64,000 nucleotides of DNA. It comes from Eledone cirrhosa. Its lineage: Eukaryota. Position 1 is the first letter of the stretch, and the number at the start of each line of letters is the position of its first letter. A program made the translations under genes and the position numbers. Positions 12,603-25,954 of this stretch are shown one piece after another. The notes under the pieces were generated by a model, which worked only from the letters and a program-made list of their open reading frames with translations, searched no databases and was not told the DNA's origin. Where the stretch lies: NCBI GenBank assembly GCA_964016885.1, contig OZ024745.1:12586001-12650000 (forward strand), in the 5' to 3' direction.

Positions 12603-13562
12603 ATATACAGGAGGATCAGTTGACTATGATTTTATTCAACATATTCCCCTCTCAGATTCACACACTTATTGCAGATGTCCTACCTCCTTTGTAAAGGTAA
12701 CAGCTCTACCATTTCGGGATACCATTAAGCCAGAAACTTTTCAGCACCCGGTATACTTAAGCTCCCTCTCCCCAATCCCCAAAACTGTAACGGAAGTGCT
12801 CTTAATAAATTAATAACTGTTAATAAATTAATAAGGCATGACTCCAACAATTTTGGTGAAAGGGAAAGTCAATTACAACGACCCCAGAACTTCACTGGTA
12901 CTTTATTGGATCGATCCTGGAAGGATGAAGGGCAAAGTTGACCTCATCCGAATTTGCTCTGGAAGCATAAACAAATAACGCAGGACATATTTTCCAACGT
13001 CAAACGATTCTGCCAGCCCACAGCTCACTTTAAGCTAATAATAGTGATTATATAAGAAAGAACTTTGATAAATTATAATTATAAACATTGATTGCCAGCT
13101 AAATTATTTATAAAAATAAACTGAAGCAAAATCCCAACCAAACAGTGAATGTGTTTTACTACTTTTGCCAATATTAGGACAACATGACCCTCCCCAAATA
13201 TAAAATTGGGATGATATTATACAATTTTTTACATACCGTCTTGGTGAAGTTCAACTCCTATATAAGTATCGGAGCGACCAGAGAGTGGGCCAACAAACTT
13301 CACAATCCCTTGTGATATTTTACCACCATGTTTCGAGAATTTCACAATATCTCCCAAATGAATGTCGTCTGGTGACTGAGGAACATAAGGTCTTTTGCCC
13401 TTGGTCAATGCCCATTGCCTGTCAAGAAGAGATCATATCATCATCATCATTTTACGTCCGCTTTTCCCTGCTTGCATGGGTAGGACGGGAATTGATTCTG
13501 GCTTGATTTCTACAGCTGGATCCCTATTGATTTATACAGCTGGATCCCTGGTGATTTAATGA

Positions 13563-13727
13563 TAGGGACCCCAGTCCTATCATCTCATTTTTACAGCTGA
13601 GTAAACTGGAGCAATGTGAAATAAAGTGTCTTGCTCAAGGAAACAACACATCACCTGGTCTGAGAATTGAACTCACAACATTTCGATTGCAAGGCCAATG
13701 CTCTAACCATTAAGCCATGTACCTCCA
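13563..13727 (-). mobile_element. tRNA-derived SINE family B (copies at 25600-25860, 37840-38005, 62512-62675, 63442-63575)
   Basis: TGGCTTAATGGTTAGAGCA head, GAGTTCAATTCTC box B, body TTGAGCAAGACACTTTTATTTCACATTGCTCCAGTTTACTCAGCTG. Confidence 0.82.
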
Positions 13728-13916
13728 TATATAAGTAATAAGTCAGTGATAAGATGTTTAATGGAGAGGGACATTCAAAAATTAGCTACAGATAACTACG
13801 TGATGATACGAGGTTCAATTAAATCTCCCAGATACCGGCTAGGCGCTTTGAAACAATATATATATATATTTATATCCCAGCATGGCCTTAGCCTGTTGGC
13901 TGGAACAGGTAAAAGA

Positions 13917-13991
<75 letters not shown>

Positions 13992-14129
13992 GAAATAAAA
14001 TGTTATTTTATTTCACTATAATACACTCTGTCTAGCTCTACACCTCGACACTGAAGTGAACCTAAACATCGAGTGCTCAGCCGGATGAACCTACAGTTAC
14101 TCCAAGTTACACTCCCTGGATACATATAT

Positions 14130-14160
<31 letters not shown>

Positions 14161-14272
14161 TATATATATGTATATGTATATATATGTAAAAGGTAAACAG
14201 AAATAACAACACAATTGGTACAGTATATGGAAGGAATATATTAGGTTAACGCTTGAAATAGCAGGAAGAGGG

Positions 14273-14308
14273 TTTTAACGTTTCGGACGCTAGTACTTCA
14301 CCAGAAGA
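14273..14308 (-). ncRNA. Degenerate minimal hammerhead motif
   Basis: CTGGTGA-AGTAC-TAGC-GTCC-GAAA-CG-TT. Same layout as 3768-3795, with substitutions in the core and stem II. Confidence 0.4.
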
Positions 14309-14404
14309 AAGAATGAGAAATAAGATAGATTGAGAGGACGGGCGGGTTGGAATTGGAAAAAAAGTCTTTACATAAAAATAACAGGTCCATTCATGCTGAC
14401 ATCT

Positions 14405-14455
<51 letters not shown>

Positions 14456-14495
14456 GATATTAATAAATGGAAACTATGTTTATAAAACCATATTT

Positions 14496-14558
14496 ATTTC
14501 ATTATACATATTTCAAGGACACCAAGTTAAATTATGGTGTGCTTTCATCAGATAAAAT
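14496..14558 (-). ncRNA. Type I hammerhead ribozyme immediately upstream of, and antisense to, a Penelope endonuclease fragment
   Basis: ATTTTAT-CTGATGA-AAGCACACCA-loop-TGGTGTCCTT-GAAA-TATGTA-TA-ATGAAAT. Same family as 6362-6426, with a covarying stem II. Confidence 0.82.
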
Positions 14559-14597
14559 ATAATATAGAACAGTTTTATAAATAAATATTGACATACC

Positions 14598-15149
14598 CTT
14601 AAAGCTCTTGACAAATGCTTCCCTAGAACACATAGGTATTACTCAATTTTTAATAGACATACTATAAAATTAACTTATTCTTCCACCAAAAATTTAGCGC
14701 AAAATATTAATAGAATTAATAATAGAAATTTAAAACCTAACCAAAATACCAATAATAATCCAGGCAATATCCAATTTGATAAATGTAACTGTAGAAATAA
14801 ATCTAACTGTCCGTTAAATAACAATTGCTTAGCTAAAAATATAGTATATAATTGTAATGTAAAAACTAATTTAAATTCATTTAACTATGTGGGATACACT
14901 TCCACAGAGTTTAAATCCCGCTTCAATAATCATAAAAATTCTTTTACAGATCTAAACAAAAAATCTTCAACTTCTCTATCTAGCCTATTATGGGACCTAA
15001 AACTAGAGAACGTTGAATATTCGTTGATTTGGAATATTATTTCAAAAGCTACACCTTTTAACTCCTCTTCAGAAAACTTAAGGAATAATTTATTCAGTTG
15101 CTGTAGACATAGATTAAACTCAACGTTTAAATATAAATTTAAAATGTAA
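14598..15149 (+). mobile_element. Penelope-like element: linker, Cys motif and GIY-YIG endonuclease (5'-truncated, internally deleted)
   Basis: Open frame LDKCFPRTHRYYSIFNRHTIKLTYSSTKNL..CNCRNKSNCPLNNNCLAKNIVY..NYVGYTSTEFKSRFNNHKNSF..TSLSSLLWDLK..WNIISKA..NLRNNLFSCCRH. Confidence 0.88.
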
Positions 15150-16190
15150 TATATAAATAATTAATTAATTCTATTAATATATTGGACCTGTCGATAAATC
15201 ATTATATTCCTTCATCTTTTTTGACTGATTATACACTCAAGTAAAAATAACTTTTCTTCCTAAATATAAATAAATATAATAAACTATTCTAGAGAAATAT
15301 AGTGAGGGCTCTTGAAATGAGAAAATATTTCTTATATTTTTTATTATTTATTATTTGATAGTTTCTCCTATTTTCGAAAGTTTATCCTTTCAAAGTTTGT
15401 TTATTTCTCTTATGAATATAAAATTAAGGTAAATGTACGTAGAAAATTTCTATACTAAATCTATTAAACATACTATTATTTTGAAATTATAACTTGAAAA
15501 TATTCTATAATATTTTAAAGTTATATTGTTTTTAAAGTTATATTGCTTATAATTATATTTCCAAATCGTAATATAATTCTTTTGTATTTTATGTGCTTCA
15601 ATTATACTTCTCTCTCTATATGTGTGTATATATGTATATGTGTGTATTGACATACATGTACATATGTTTTATGCGTGTATATCTATCTGTATGTATATAT
15701 ATACGTGATGCGTATCTACCTATTTGTGTGGGTACATATATGTATGTAGATGTGGGAATTGTGTATGTACATGTGCGTGTATATCCATACAGTTAGATTG
15801 CACTTATGTATAGTGATTATCCCAAGATTCGTGACAAATAGACATATAATAACAGCCATAAATACATAACAGGTAATCTTATAAAACTTATATTAAAAAA
15901 ATGTTGTTTAATAACATAAAGTATGTATAACATAAAATTTCCTTTAATATCTTAACCGTTTCGACGGCTATTTCTGGACTCGAGAAATAGCTGTCGAAAC
16001 GGCTTGAGCTCTGCCGTCGGAGTCCTGAACTTTTTCCTATTACTCATTCTACTACCCTAAGTATCGAGTACTCTGGTGCGTTATGGTCCATCTGGTTCCT
16101 TACCACATTTCCTTCGTTATATATATATAGAGAGTCCAGAAATAGCCGTCGAGACGGCTTGAGCTCTGCCGTCGGGTTCCTCAACATTTT

Positions 16191-16273
<83 letters not shown>

Positions 16274-16588
16274 CCTTCAGTCGACCACGTATAAAGCCTG
16301 AGAAAATAATGTTTTTAGTGAATGACAAATACAATTAATTTCAATAAACTGTTTGTCTTAATGTTTAATCCATGGCTGATTGTTAAAACTGTATTTGAAT
16401 GACAACGTGTGTTGGCCGTGTGGGGACATCTGTATCTCTATACACAAGTTTATCTTGATTAATGTTTTATGTGTTTGTTTACATGCTACAATTTCTATGT
16501 CTTCTGTTTATATGACCGTGTGTCTATGTGTGTATGTTTGTATGTGTGTGTTTATGTTTGTGTCCATATCTGCGTGTGTGTATATGCA

Positions 16589-16639
<51 letters not shown>

Positions 16640-16848
16640 CGAAGGAAATGTGGTAAGGAACCAGATGGACCATAACGCACCAAAGTACTCAATACTTAGG
16701 GTAGTAGAGTGGGTAATAGGAACAAGAATGACCCCGACGGCACAGCTCAAGCCGTTTCGACGGCTAATTCTGGACATACACATACACTAGGTCCAGAATT
16801 AGCCGTCGTAACGGCTTGAGCTCTGCCGTCGGGGTCGTACTTGTTCCT

Positions 16849-16924
<76 letters not shown>

Positions 16925-16984
16925 CTTTCTCCCGAATGAAACAGTTCTAGTCCTGTAGAAGCCATTTCTATATATATATATATA

Positions 16985-18455
16985 TAGGAACCAGTAAGAC
17001 CCCGACAGCTGAGCTCAAGCCGTTTCGACGGCTAATTCTGGACTAAATGAACATTTATCCTGGTATTTAAATAGCCGATCTTCTCAAGGGGTAATTCCAT
17101 ATATGGTCAAAGTGATTGTCAAAAATCAGTAGTAATTCTGTGGTTGCAAATTAGTAGGGGAGATGGTGGCTAAACCTGCCAGTAGGAGAAAGAGGGGAGG
17201 GGGTGGAGTAGACCCAATCAAGCGTTGGTAGTGCCAGCTACAGCTGGGCATGAGGTCAAAGAAGATACAGGGGAGGGGGAGGGGGAAGAAGTCGGAACGG
17301 TAGGTAGAACAATGGGGGGTAAAAATAGGAAAGAAAAAATACTGAGAGTGAAGAAAAGCAAATAAGTGTAGCCTTAGTAGCCCCACTCCCCCCTCCCCTA
17401 GTCTTTGATAGATTTGGCGGACTCCGCCCTTTATAGCAGTTGGCTTAGACCCCGGATATTTGCCCCCCTTTTCCGACCGCTCCCACTATTCTCTGTGCCC
17501 TCTATATTTCTTAGTGGCACTTATGCCTTATTTTTTCGTTTCAGTATTTCTTGCTTCGCTTTTCTTCTGGGCGGGGTGGATTCTGAACTTATTTCTCCGT
17601 ATTCTACCTTTATTTCGTACGAACTTTCATGTAGCTTGTTTTAGATCTTTTAGAGTTAGCATTAGTATATATTTTTCCCGGGACTCAGAATTATTATGTC
17701 GTACAAGTTCACTTTGCTGCACTGGGTCGTTGCTGGCCCGGGATGGAAACCTTTATTGTTTATTTCGTGGTAGTCTCTTTAGTATTTTGGCCCCTTTTGT
17801 TGACCAGTCACCGTATCATTTACGTACTTATACCTCTTAAAAGGGTCCTTGCCTAATTCGTCCCACCTAGTTCTTTTACTTATTTCCTTATTTATTTATT
17901 TATTTATTTATTTACTTCTTTCTTTCTTTCTTTATTTTATTCTCGCCTAACAATAGCCTGACACCTAGGTCGTAGAATTTAATTTTTTCTTTACACTTAT
18001 TTGCTTTTCTTCACTCTCAGTATTTTTTCTTTCCTATTTTTACCCCCCATTGTTCTACCTACCGTTCCGACTTTTCCCCCTCCCCCTCCCCTGTATCTTC
18101 TTTGACCTCATGCCCAGCTGTAGCTGGCACTACCAACGCTTGATTGGGTCTACTCCACCCCCTCCCCTCTTTCTCCTACTGGCAGGTTTAGCCACCATCT
18201 CCCCTACTAATTTGCAACCACAGAATTACTACTGATTTTTGACAATCACTTTGACCATATATGGAATTACCCCTTGAGAAGATCGGCTATTTAAATACCA
18301 GGATAAATGTTCATTTAGTCCAGAATTAGCCGTCGAAACGGCTTGAGCTCAGCTGTCGGGGTCTTACTGGTTCCTATTACCCACTCTACTACCTCAAGTA
18401 TTGAGTACTTTGGTGCGTTATGGTCCACCTGGTTCCTTACCACATTTCCTTCGTT
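16985..18455. mobile_element. Non-coding Penelope-like / retrozyme-like element with about 385-bp inverted arms, inserted in (TA)n
   Basis: 16985-17370 is the reverse complement of 17992-18376. The 3' end CACATTTCCTTCGTT joins (TA)n. Short fold-back or truncated copies of the same end lie at about 15955-16118, 16133-16192, 16638-16848 and 18727-18932. Confidence 0.82.
18269..18362 (+). ncRNA. Type I hammerhead ribozyme, U3-A8 core variant, family 1 (inverted copy 16999-17092)
   Basis: ACCCC-TTGAGAA-GA(T)CGGCTA-loop-TAGCCGTC-GAAA-CGGCT-TGAGCTC-AGCTG-TC-GGGGT. GUC site ends at 18357. Confidence 0.82.
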
Positions 18456-18615
18456 ATATATATATATATACATGTGGAAGCTTAGTAAAATCGAAGCTTT
18501 GGCTGTGAGCAAGCAAAGTCGACCTACAATATGAATGAGTTAGCAAAGCACTCAATAAGGGTAGGTCCTTAGAGTAATAACATACGTTTAAATAGCTTGG
18601 CAAATTGAACATTGT

Positions 18616-18677
<62 letters not shown>

Positions 18678-18931
18678 ACAATTTAAATACCTTATGTTTG
18701 GAATTCCATATATATGTATATATATATAGGAACCAGTAAGACCCCGACGGCTGAGCTCAAGCCGTTTCGACGGCTAATTCTGGACGCTAATTCAGTCCAG
18801 AATTAGCCGTCGAAACGGCTTGAACTCAGCCGTCGGGGTCTTAATGGTTCCTATTACCCACTCTACTACCCCAAGTATTGAGTACTTTGGTGCGTTATGG
18901 TCCACCTGGTTCCTTACCACATTTCCTTCGT

Positions 18932-18971
<40 letters not shown>

Positions 18972-19130
18972 TGTATGTATATATTTGTGTGTGTGAGTGT
19001 GTGTGTATATGTATGTGTGCGTATATGTATGTTTGCGAGCACTTGTGTATGTGTATGTCCCAAGTTTTCATCTAAGTGTGCATATGAATGTAAATATATG
19101 TGTATGCATGTATATTTATATATATGCGCG

Positions 19131-19163
<33 letters not shown>

Positions 19164-19389
19164 ATATTTTTTTTTTGATGTACACGAGTAGTTGATTTGT
19201 AATCTCACCGTTTGCTTGATTCACTTCCGGTTCGCTAGTTTTTCTTGTACATTTTTCAGTTTGTTCATGTGAGTGAACTGCGTGGGGTGAGAAGAGTGCA
19301 GGCTAGCGGTTCTGTTCTCTGGCACAATGGAATCGACTTGAAGTGAATCGGAAACAACAGGGCTCTTCACTGAAAACATATTAAAACTG

Positions 19390-20885
19390 ATTTCAATTCT
19401 GTTTATTCTACCAATACTGCCTAGTCTGTTTATACTGACAATTCTGTTTATTCTACCAATACTGCCTAGTCTGTTTATACTGACAATTCTGTTTATTTTA
19501 CCAATACTGCCTAGTCTGCCTATACTGCCAATTCTGTTTATTCTACCAATACTGCCTAGTCTACCTATATGACAATTCTGTTTATTCTACCTATACTGCC
19601 TAGCCTGCCTATACTGACAATTCTGTTTATTCTACCAATACTGCCTAGCCTGCCTATACTGACAATTCTGTTTATTCTACCAATACTGCCTAGTCTGCCT
19701 ATACTGCCAATTCTGTTTATTCTACCAATACTGACTAGTCTACCTATACTGACAATTCTGTTTATTCTACCAATACTGCCTAGCCTGCCTATACTGACAA
19801 TTCTGTTTATTCTACCAATACTGCCTAGTCCGTTTATACTGACAATTATGTTTATTCTACCAATACTGCCTAGTCTGTTTATACTGGCAATTCTGTTTAT
19901 TCTACCAATACTGCCTAGCCTGCCTATACTGACAATTCTGTTTATTCTACCAATACTGCCTAGTCTGCCTATACTGACAATTCTGTTTATTCTACCAATA
20001 CTGCCTAGCCTGCCTATACTGACAATTCTGTTTATTCTACCAATACTGCCTAGCCTGCCTATACTGACAATTCTGTTTATTCTACCAATACTGCCTAGCC
20101 TGCCTATACTGACAATTCTGTTTATTCTACCAATACTGCCTAGCCTGCCTATACTGACAATTCTGTTTATTCTACCAGTACTGCCTAGTCTGCCTATACT
20201 GACAATTCTGTTTATTCTACCAATACTGCCTAGCCTGCCTATACTGACTATTCTGTTTATTCTACCTATACAGCTTAGTCTACCTATACTGACAATTCTG
20301 TTTATTCTACCTATACAGCTTAGTCTACCTATACTGCCAATTCTGTTTATTCTACCAATAATGCCTTGTCTACCTATACTGATAATTCTGTTTATTCTAC
20401 CAATACTGCCTAGCCTGCCTATACTGACAATTCTGTTTATTCTACCAATACTGCCTAGTCTACCTATACTGACAATTCTGTTTATTCTACCTATACTGCC
20501 TAGTCTGCCTACACTGACAATTCTGTTTATTCTACCAATACTGCCTAGCCTGCCTATACTGACAATTCTGTTTATTCTACCAATACTGCCTAGTCTACCT
20601 ATACTGACAATTCTGTTTATTCTACCAATACTGCCTAGCCTGCCTATACTGACAATTCTGTTTATTCTACCTATACTGCCTAGCCTGCCTATACTGATAA
20701 TTCTGTTTATTCTACCAATACTGGCTAGCCTGCCTATACTGCCAATTCTGTTTATTCTACCAATACTGCCTAGCCTGCCTATACTGACAATTCTGTTTAT
20801 TCTACCAATACTGCCTAGTCTGCCTATACTGACAATTCTGTTTATTCTACCAATACTGCCTAGTCTGTTTATACTGACAATACTA
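19390..20885 (+). repeat. 45-bp minisatellite built from five 9-bp subunits, about 33 copies
   Basis: ATACTGACA-ATTCTGTTT-ATTCTACCA-ATACTGCCT-AGCCTGCCT. Accounts for the 451-aa ILPILPSLP ORF. Confidence 0.95.
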
Positions 20886-21153
20886 CCTATTCTTCTTATC
20901 TATCTGTTAACTAAATCCCAGTAGTATAAAGTGGTTTTGTATCAATAAATTATGTTCCTCTTCTACAAATGGCGGTGTGTGGGAGGAACGAAAGTGGTTT
21001 CTCATATTTCACTGTAGTAATATTGTAAGAGATGAATGATCACCAGTTCTCTCTAACAAACCTCCATACAGATACACGATGATCGAATCGTAGAAAACTG
21101 ATCAAGTAATCGATATTCGTTATTTCACTGATGTCACTAACATATTTCAAACA

Positions 21154-21274
<121 letters not shown>

Positions 21275-21684
21275 AGTCTCCTCTGATCTCGCAATCTTCC
21301 CTGACAAAGGTCACCACCTTTAAACTCTCTATTTCACTATGCTTGTTGACACCATTAACATCGTTATCAGATTCTACCAACATATTAAGTGATGTCACAC
21401 CAGTAGACATCCTAACAAGCTAACATAACATACTTGAATCAGAGTTTGAAACGCGGCAGTTGTTGAGGTTCAAGGAAGATCAATGAAGGCTCAAGCAGAA
21501 CATTTCTCTCATTAGAATTTAGACAACTTCATACAGTTGAGTGTTGGAAAAGATTTTTTTAAATTGATATTCATTTGTCGACAGAGAATAATTGATTGTA
21601 CACACTACAGGCTCAAACATTGGTGATTGTGAAGTTCGATTTGCAGTCACTTCTGAATCCGATCCCACTGCGCAGGACTTACTA

Positions 21685-21884
21685 CGAGGGTCCAGTGAAA
21701 AGTTCATAAGTTGACTATGAAGGAGTGATGCTAGAGCTGTGAAATCTTGCATGCATTGATTTCAACTCTTCTTATCAATAACTGCATTGTTTCTTTCCAA
21801 GGTCTGTGTTGCAAAAAATAAACCTCATTTGGTCATTCCATGAGAGTATCTTGGTCAACCTATGAAATGTTCAGTCGATCCTCG
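21685..21884. mobile_element. Mariner-type MITE (about 200 bp)
   Basis: TA|CGAGGGTCCAGTGAAAAGTTCATA...TATGAAATGTTCAGTCGATCCTCG|TA: imperfect terminal inverted repeats with TA flanks. Confidence 0.65.
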
Positions 21885-22479
21885 TATTATAAGCTCAAGT
21901 TAACCGTCATTACAACTTGGGTAGAATTAAGTAGATGAGACCCATGTAGAAATCTGCTCGAGCTATATGCAGTTATTTTCAAACATATTGGGAAACACGT
22001 TGCTTGTGTTTCTGGACCCGTAACTCCTGATAGAGTGACATGGGTGCCGTTGGGGGCCTTTTCTAAACTTTGCTAAGCCCATCTCTTCTCCAAGTCTGAA
22101 CACAGCTGAGAAAGATTGAGAGTGAGAGAATGAAAGTGAGAAAGAAATATATAGAGAATGATAGAGAGGGGTGAGAAGGAAAAGTGATATAGAAGAATTG
22201 ACTCCAGTACTGGGCTGATACTTTTTTATCGACCTCAAATGGAAGAAAGGCAAAGTTGATTTCGGCGGGTTTTGAACTGACGGAGCTGAGGGCTGGAACG
22301 ATTGCCACAAAGTATTCTATCCAACGTCACAAATGAGGTTTCTAAACGTTCAATACTTAACTCCAAGAGGAAGAAAAACAATAAGTACTATTCATAAAAC
22401 AGAAGGATTGTTGATAAACAACAGAGAAACTATAACATAGACGAGGGCACTCTCTCTCACACACACACGCGCGCGCGCA

Positions 22480-22519
<40 letters not shown>

Positions 22520-23053
22520 CTTAAGAAAATTAATAGACAGTGGACAAGACAACGAACCGAAAAAAGGCAAAACGAAAAGCAATATTTTAAGGGGAAACCT
22601 TAAAAAAGAATAGAATCAAGAATGTCACCAATTGATAGCCGCAACTTGACAGAAACCAGATATTAAAGACGTTTTGTTTTTTGTTTTTTGTCTACTGTTT
22701 TCAGTTATTGCTGCACTGGAAGCATGTTATAAAGGTACAAAATATACATAAAAGATATTGTTATAAAGATATTGTTATAAAGCTACCAACTAAACCAGTT
22801 TATATTATCTTTTGTACTTCAGTATCCTGTCATAAGCAAGCAGTTGCTGAAAAGAGGCGTAAATACTGAAATACGTATGAAGCGCTCTTACAGTCATAGT
22901 ATGGTAGTTGTGATATGATACATAGTATGTGATATGATCACAGCTTAAAATACTCATAGCGAGACTATATATATGATTATTATACATAAACATATTGTAT
23001 ATGGGTCTATATACGCCTTTATTCTGAACCACACCATGTTAGTGCTATCACTA

Positions 23054-23159
<106 letters not shown>

Positions 23160-23679
23160 AGTGCTTAAACATAAATCGATTTATATCTATGTACTCATAA
23201 ACTTCTAAATCTATAAATTAATGTTTAAACTTTCCTGTCGGTCAAAATACGTGCGCGCGCGTGTGTGTGTGTGTGTGTGTGTGAGTATGTACATACATGC
23301 ATACATGCAACATACATACATACACACACACATACATACATACATACATACACACATACATAGAAGACAGTGTGAATAATGAGTCCCATAAAGCCTCTTC
23401 TAAATGATGTTCCTACTATTTGAAGTTATTACAGCATATAAAATATGCTAATTGCTGCCAAAACATTGAAAATATGCCATCAAATTTTTAAAAAGCGATT
23501 TTCAACTTTTTTAATTTAATTAAATACCGAGAAACAATGAAACGTATTTATTGTAATAAATTATTTTATATGAGATGCACATATTTTAATTTTCATGCAG
23601 CAAAAAAGAAAACACACACAATCCTATTTAGTGAGAAAAAAAGGCGACGAATTGGTGAGTACAGACGTTGTAAGTTTGG

Positions 23680-25487
23680 GGGGTGGAAGATGGCGACGTT
23701 GGAACGTCGGGTGGAAGATTGAGACGTTAGAAGGTCGGGTGAAAGATAGAGACGTTAGAACGTCGGGTGAAAGATAGAGACGTTAGAACGTCAGGTAGAA
23801 GATAGAGATGTTAGAACGTCGGGTGGAAGATAGAGACGTTAGAACGTCGGGTGGAAGATAGAGATGTTAGAACGTCAGGTGGAAGATAGACGTTAGAACG
23901 TCGGGTGGAAGATAGAGACGTTAGAATTCGGGTAGAACATAGACGTTAGAATGTCGGGTGGAATATAGATAGTTAGAACGTCGGGTGGAAGATAGATATG
24001 TTAGAATGTCGCGTAGAAGATAGAGACGTTAGATCGTCGGGTGGAAGATAGAGACGTTAGAATGTCGCGTAGAAGATAGAGACGTTAGATCGTCGGGTGG
24101 AAGATAGACGTTAGAACTTCTTGTGGAAGATTCACGTTAGAACGTCGGGTGGAAGATAGAGACGTCTGAACGTCGGGTAGACGATAGAGACGTTAGATTG
24201 TCGGGTAGAAGATAGAGACGTTACAACGTCGGGTAGAATATAGACGTTAGAACGTCGGGTGGAAGATAGAGACGTTAGAACGTCGGGTAGAAGATAGAGA
24301 CGTTAGATCGTCGGGTGGAAGATAGAGACGTTAGAATGTCGGGTAGAAGATAGAGACGTTAGATCGTCGGATGGAAGATGGAGACGTTAGAACGTCGGGT
24401 GGAAGATAGAGACGTTAAAATGTCGGGTAGAATATAGACGTTAGAACGTCGGGTGGAAGATAGAGACGTTAGAACGTCGGGTAGAAGATTGAGACGTTAG
24501 AATGTCGCGTAGAAGATAGAGACGTTAGATCGTCGGGTGGAAGATAGAGACGTTAGAAAGTCGGGTAGAAGATAGAGACGTTAGATCGTCGGATGGAAGA
24601 TGGAGACGTTGGAACGTCGGGTGGAAGATTGAGACGTTAGAAGGTCGGGTGAAAGATAGAGACGTTAGAACGTCGGGTGAAAGATAGAGACGTTAGAACG
24701 TCAGGTAGAAGATAGAGATGTTAGAACGTCGGGTGGAAGATAGAGACGTTAGAACGTCGGGTGGAAGATAGAGATGTTAGAACGTCAGGTGGAAGATAGA
24801 CGTTAGAACGTCGGGTGGAAGATAGAGACGTTAGAATTCGGGTAGAACATAGACGTTAGAATGTCGGGTGGAATATAGATAGTTAGAACGTCGGGTGGAA
24901 GATAGATATGTTAGAATGTCGCGTAGAAGATAGAGACGTTAGATCGTCGGGTGGAAGATAGAGACGTTAGAATGTCGCGTAGAAGATAGAGACGTTAGAT
25001 CGTCGGGTGGAAGATAGACGTTAGAACTTCTTGTGGAAGATTCACGTTAGAACGTCGGGTGGAAGATAGAGACGTCTGAACGTCGGGTAGACGATAGAGA
25101 CGTTAGATTGTCGGGTAGAAGATAGAGACGTTACAACGTCGGGTAGAATATAGACGTTAGAACGTCGGGTGGAAGATAGAGACGTTAGAACGTCGGGTAG
25201 AAGATTGAGACGTTAGAATGTCGCGTAGAAGATAGAGACGTTAGATCGTCGGGTGGAAGATAGAGACGTTAGAATGTCGGGTAGAAGATAGAGACGTTAG
25301 ATCGTCGGATGGAAGATGGAGACGTTAGAACGTCGGGTGGAAGATAGAGACGTTAAAATGTCGGGTAGAAGATAAACGTTAGAATGTCGGGTAGAAGATA
25401 GAGACGTTAGATCGTCGGGTGGAAGATAGAGACGTTAGAACGTCGGGTGGAAGATAAACGTTAGAACGTCGGGTGGAAGATAGAGTC
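23680..25487 (+). repeat. 28/26-bp CpG-rich minisatellite with a 910-bp higher-order duplication
   Basis: Unit GATAGAGACGTTAGAACGTCGGGTGGAA. The variant series starting at 23701 recurs at 24611. Confidence 0.95.
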
Positions 25488-25954
25488 AACGAAATCAAAA
25501 TTCGTCTAAATGACTAGTAATAGTTGAATACTATGAATAAGAGTTGAGAAAATCGGGTAAAGTATCCCTGAGACGCAGGAAAGAAAGAGAGTTTGTCTGG
25601 TGGACAAAAGCTCATCAGGCTTTCCCCGGTTTTCGTGGCGTGAAGTGACTGAGAGTACAAGACTTCCTCCTGGACAGGACACCAGTTCATCGCAGGGTCA
25701 AACTCAGTGCTATTGTTGGTACTCATTTTCAGCTTAGTGGACTGGAGCAATGTGAAATGAAGTGTTTTGCTTAAGAACACAACACGCAACCCAGTAATCG
25801 AACCGACGACATTATGATCATAGGTCCAACACCCTTACCAATAGGCCACACACCTCCACAGATGCACAAGAGAACAACAAACGTTAATAAGTCGTGTTTT
25901 CTTTTGTTTTTTTTTCCAAAAGTGATTCCACGAGAAAACTACAGTATAGGTTAT

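Noticed and set aside
19569-20924. 451-aa hydrophobic ORF
   Set aside because: Translation of a 45-bp minisatellite; no unique domain or splice context.
25605-25645. CTGATGAG with a nearby GAAA on the minus strand (also about 37845-37880) as a hammerhead
   Set aside because: Part of the SINE B 3' region; I could not build three consistent stems.
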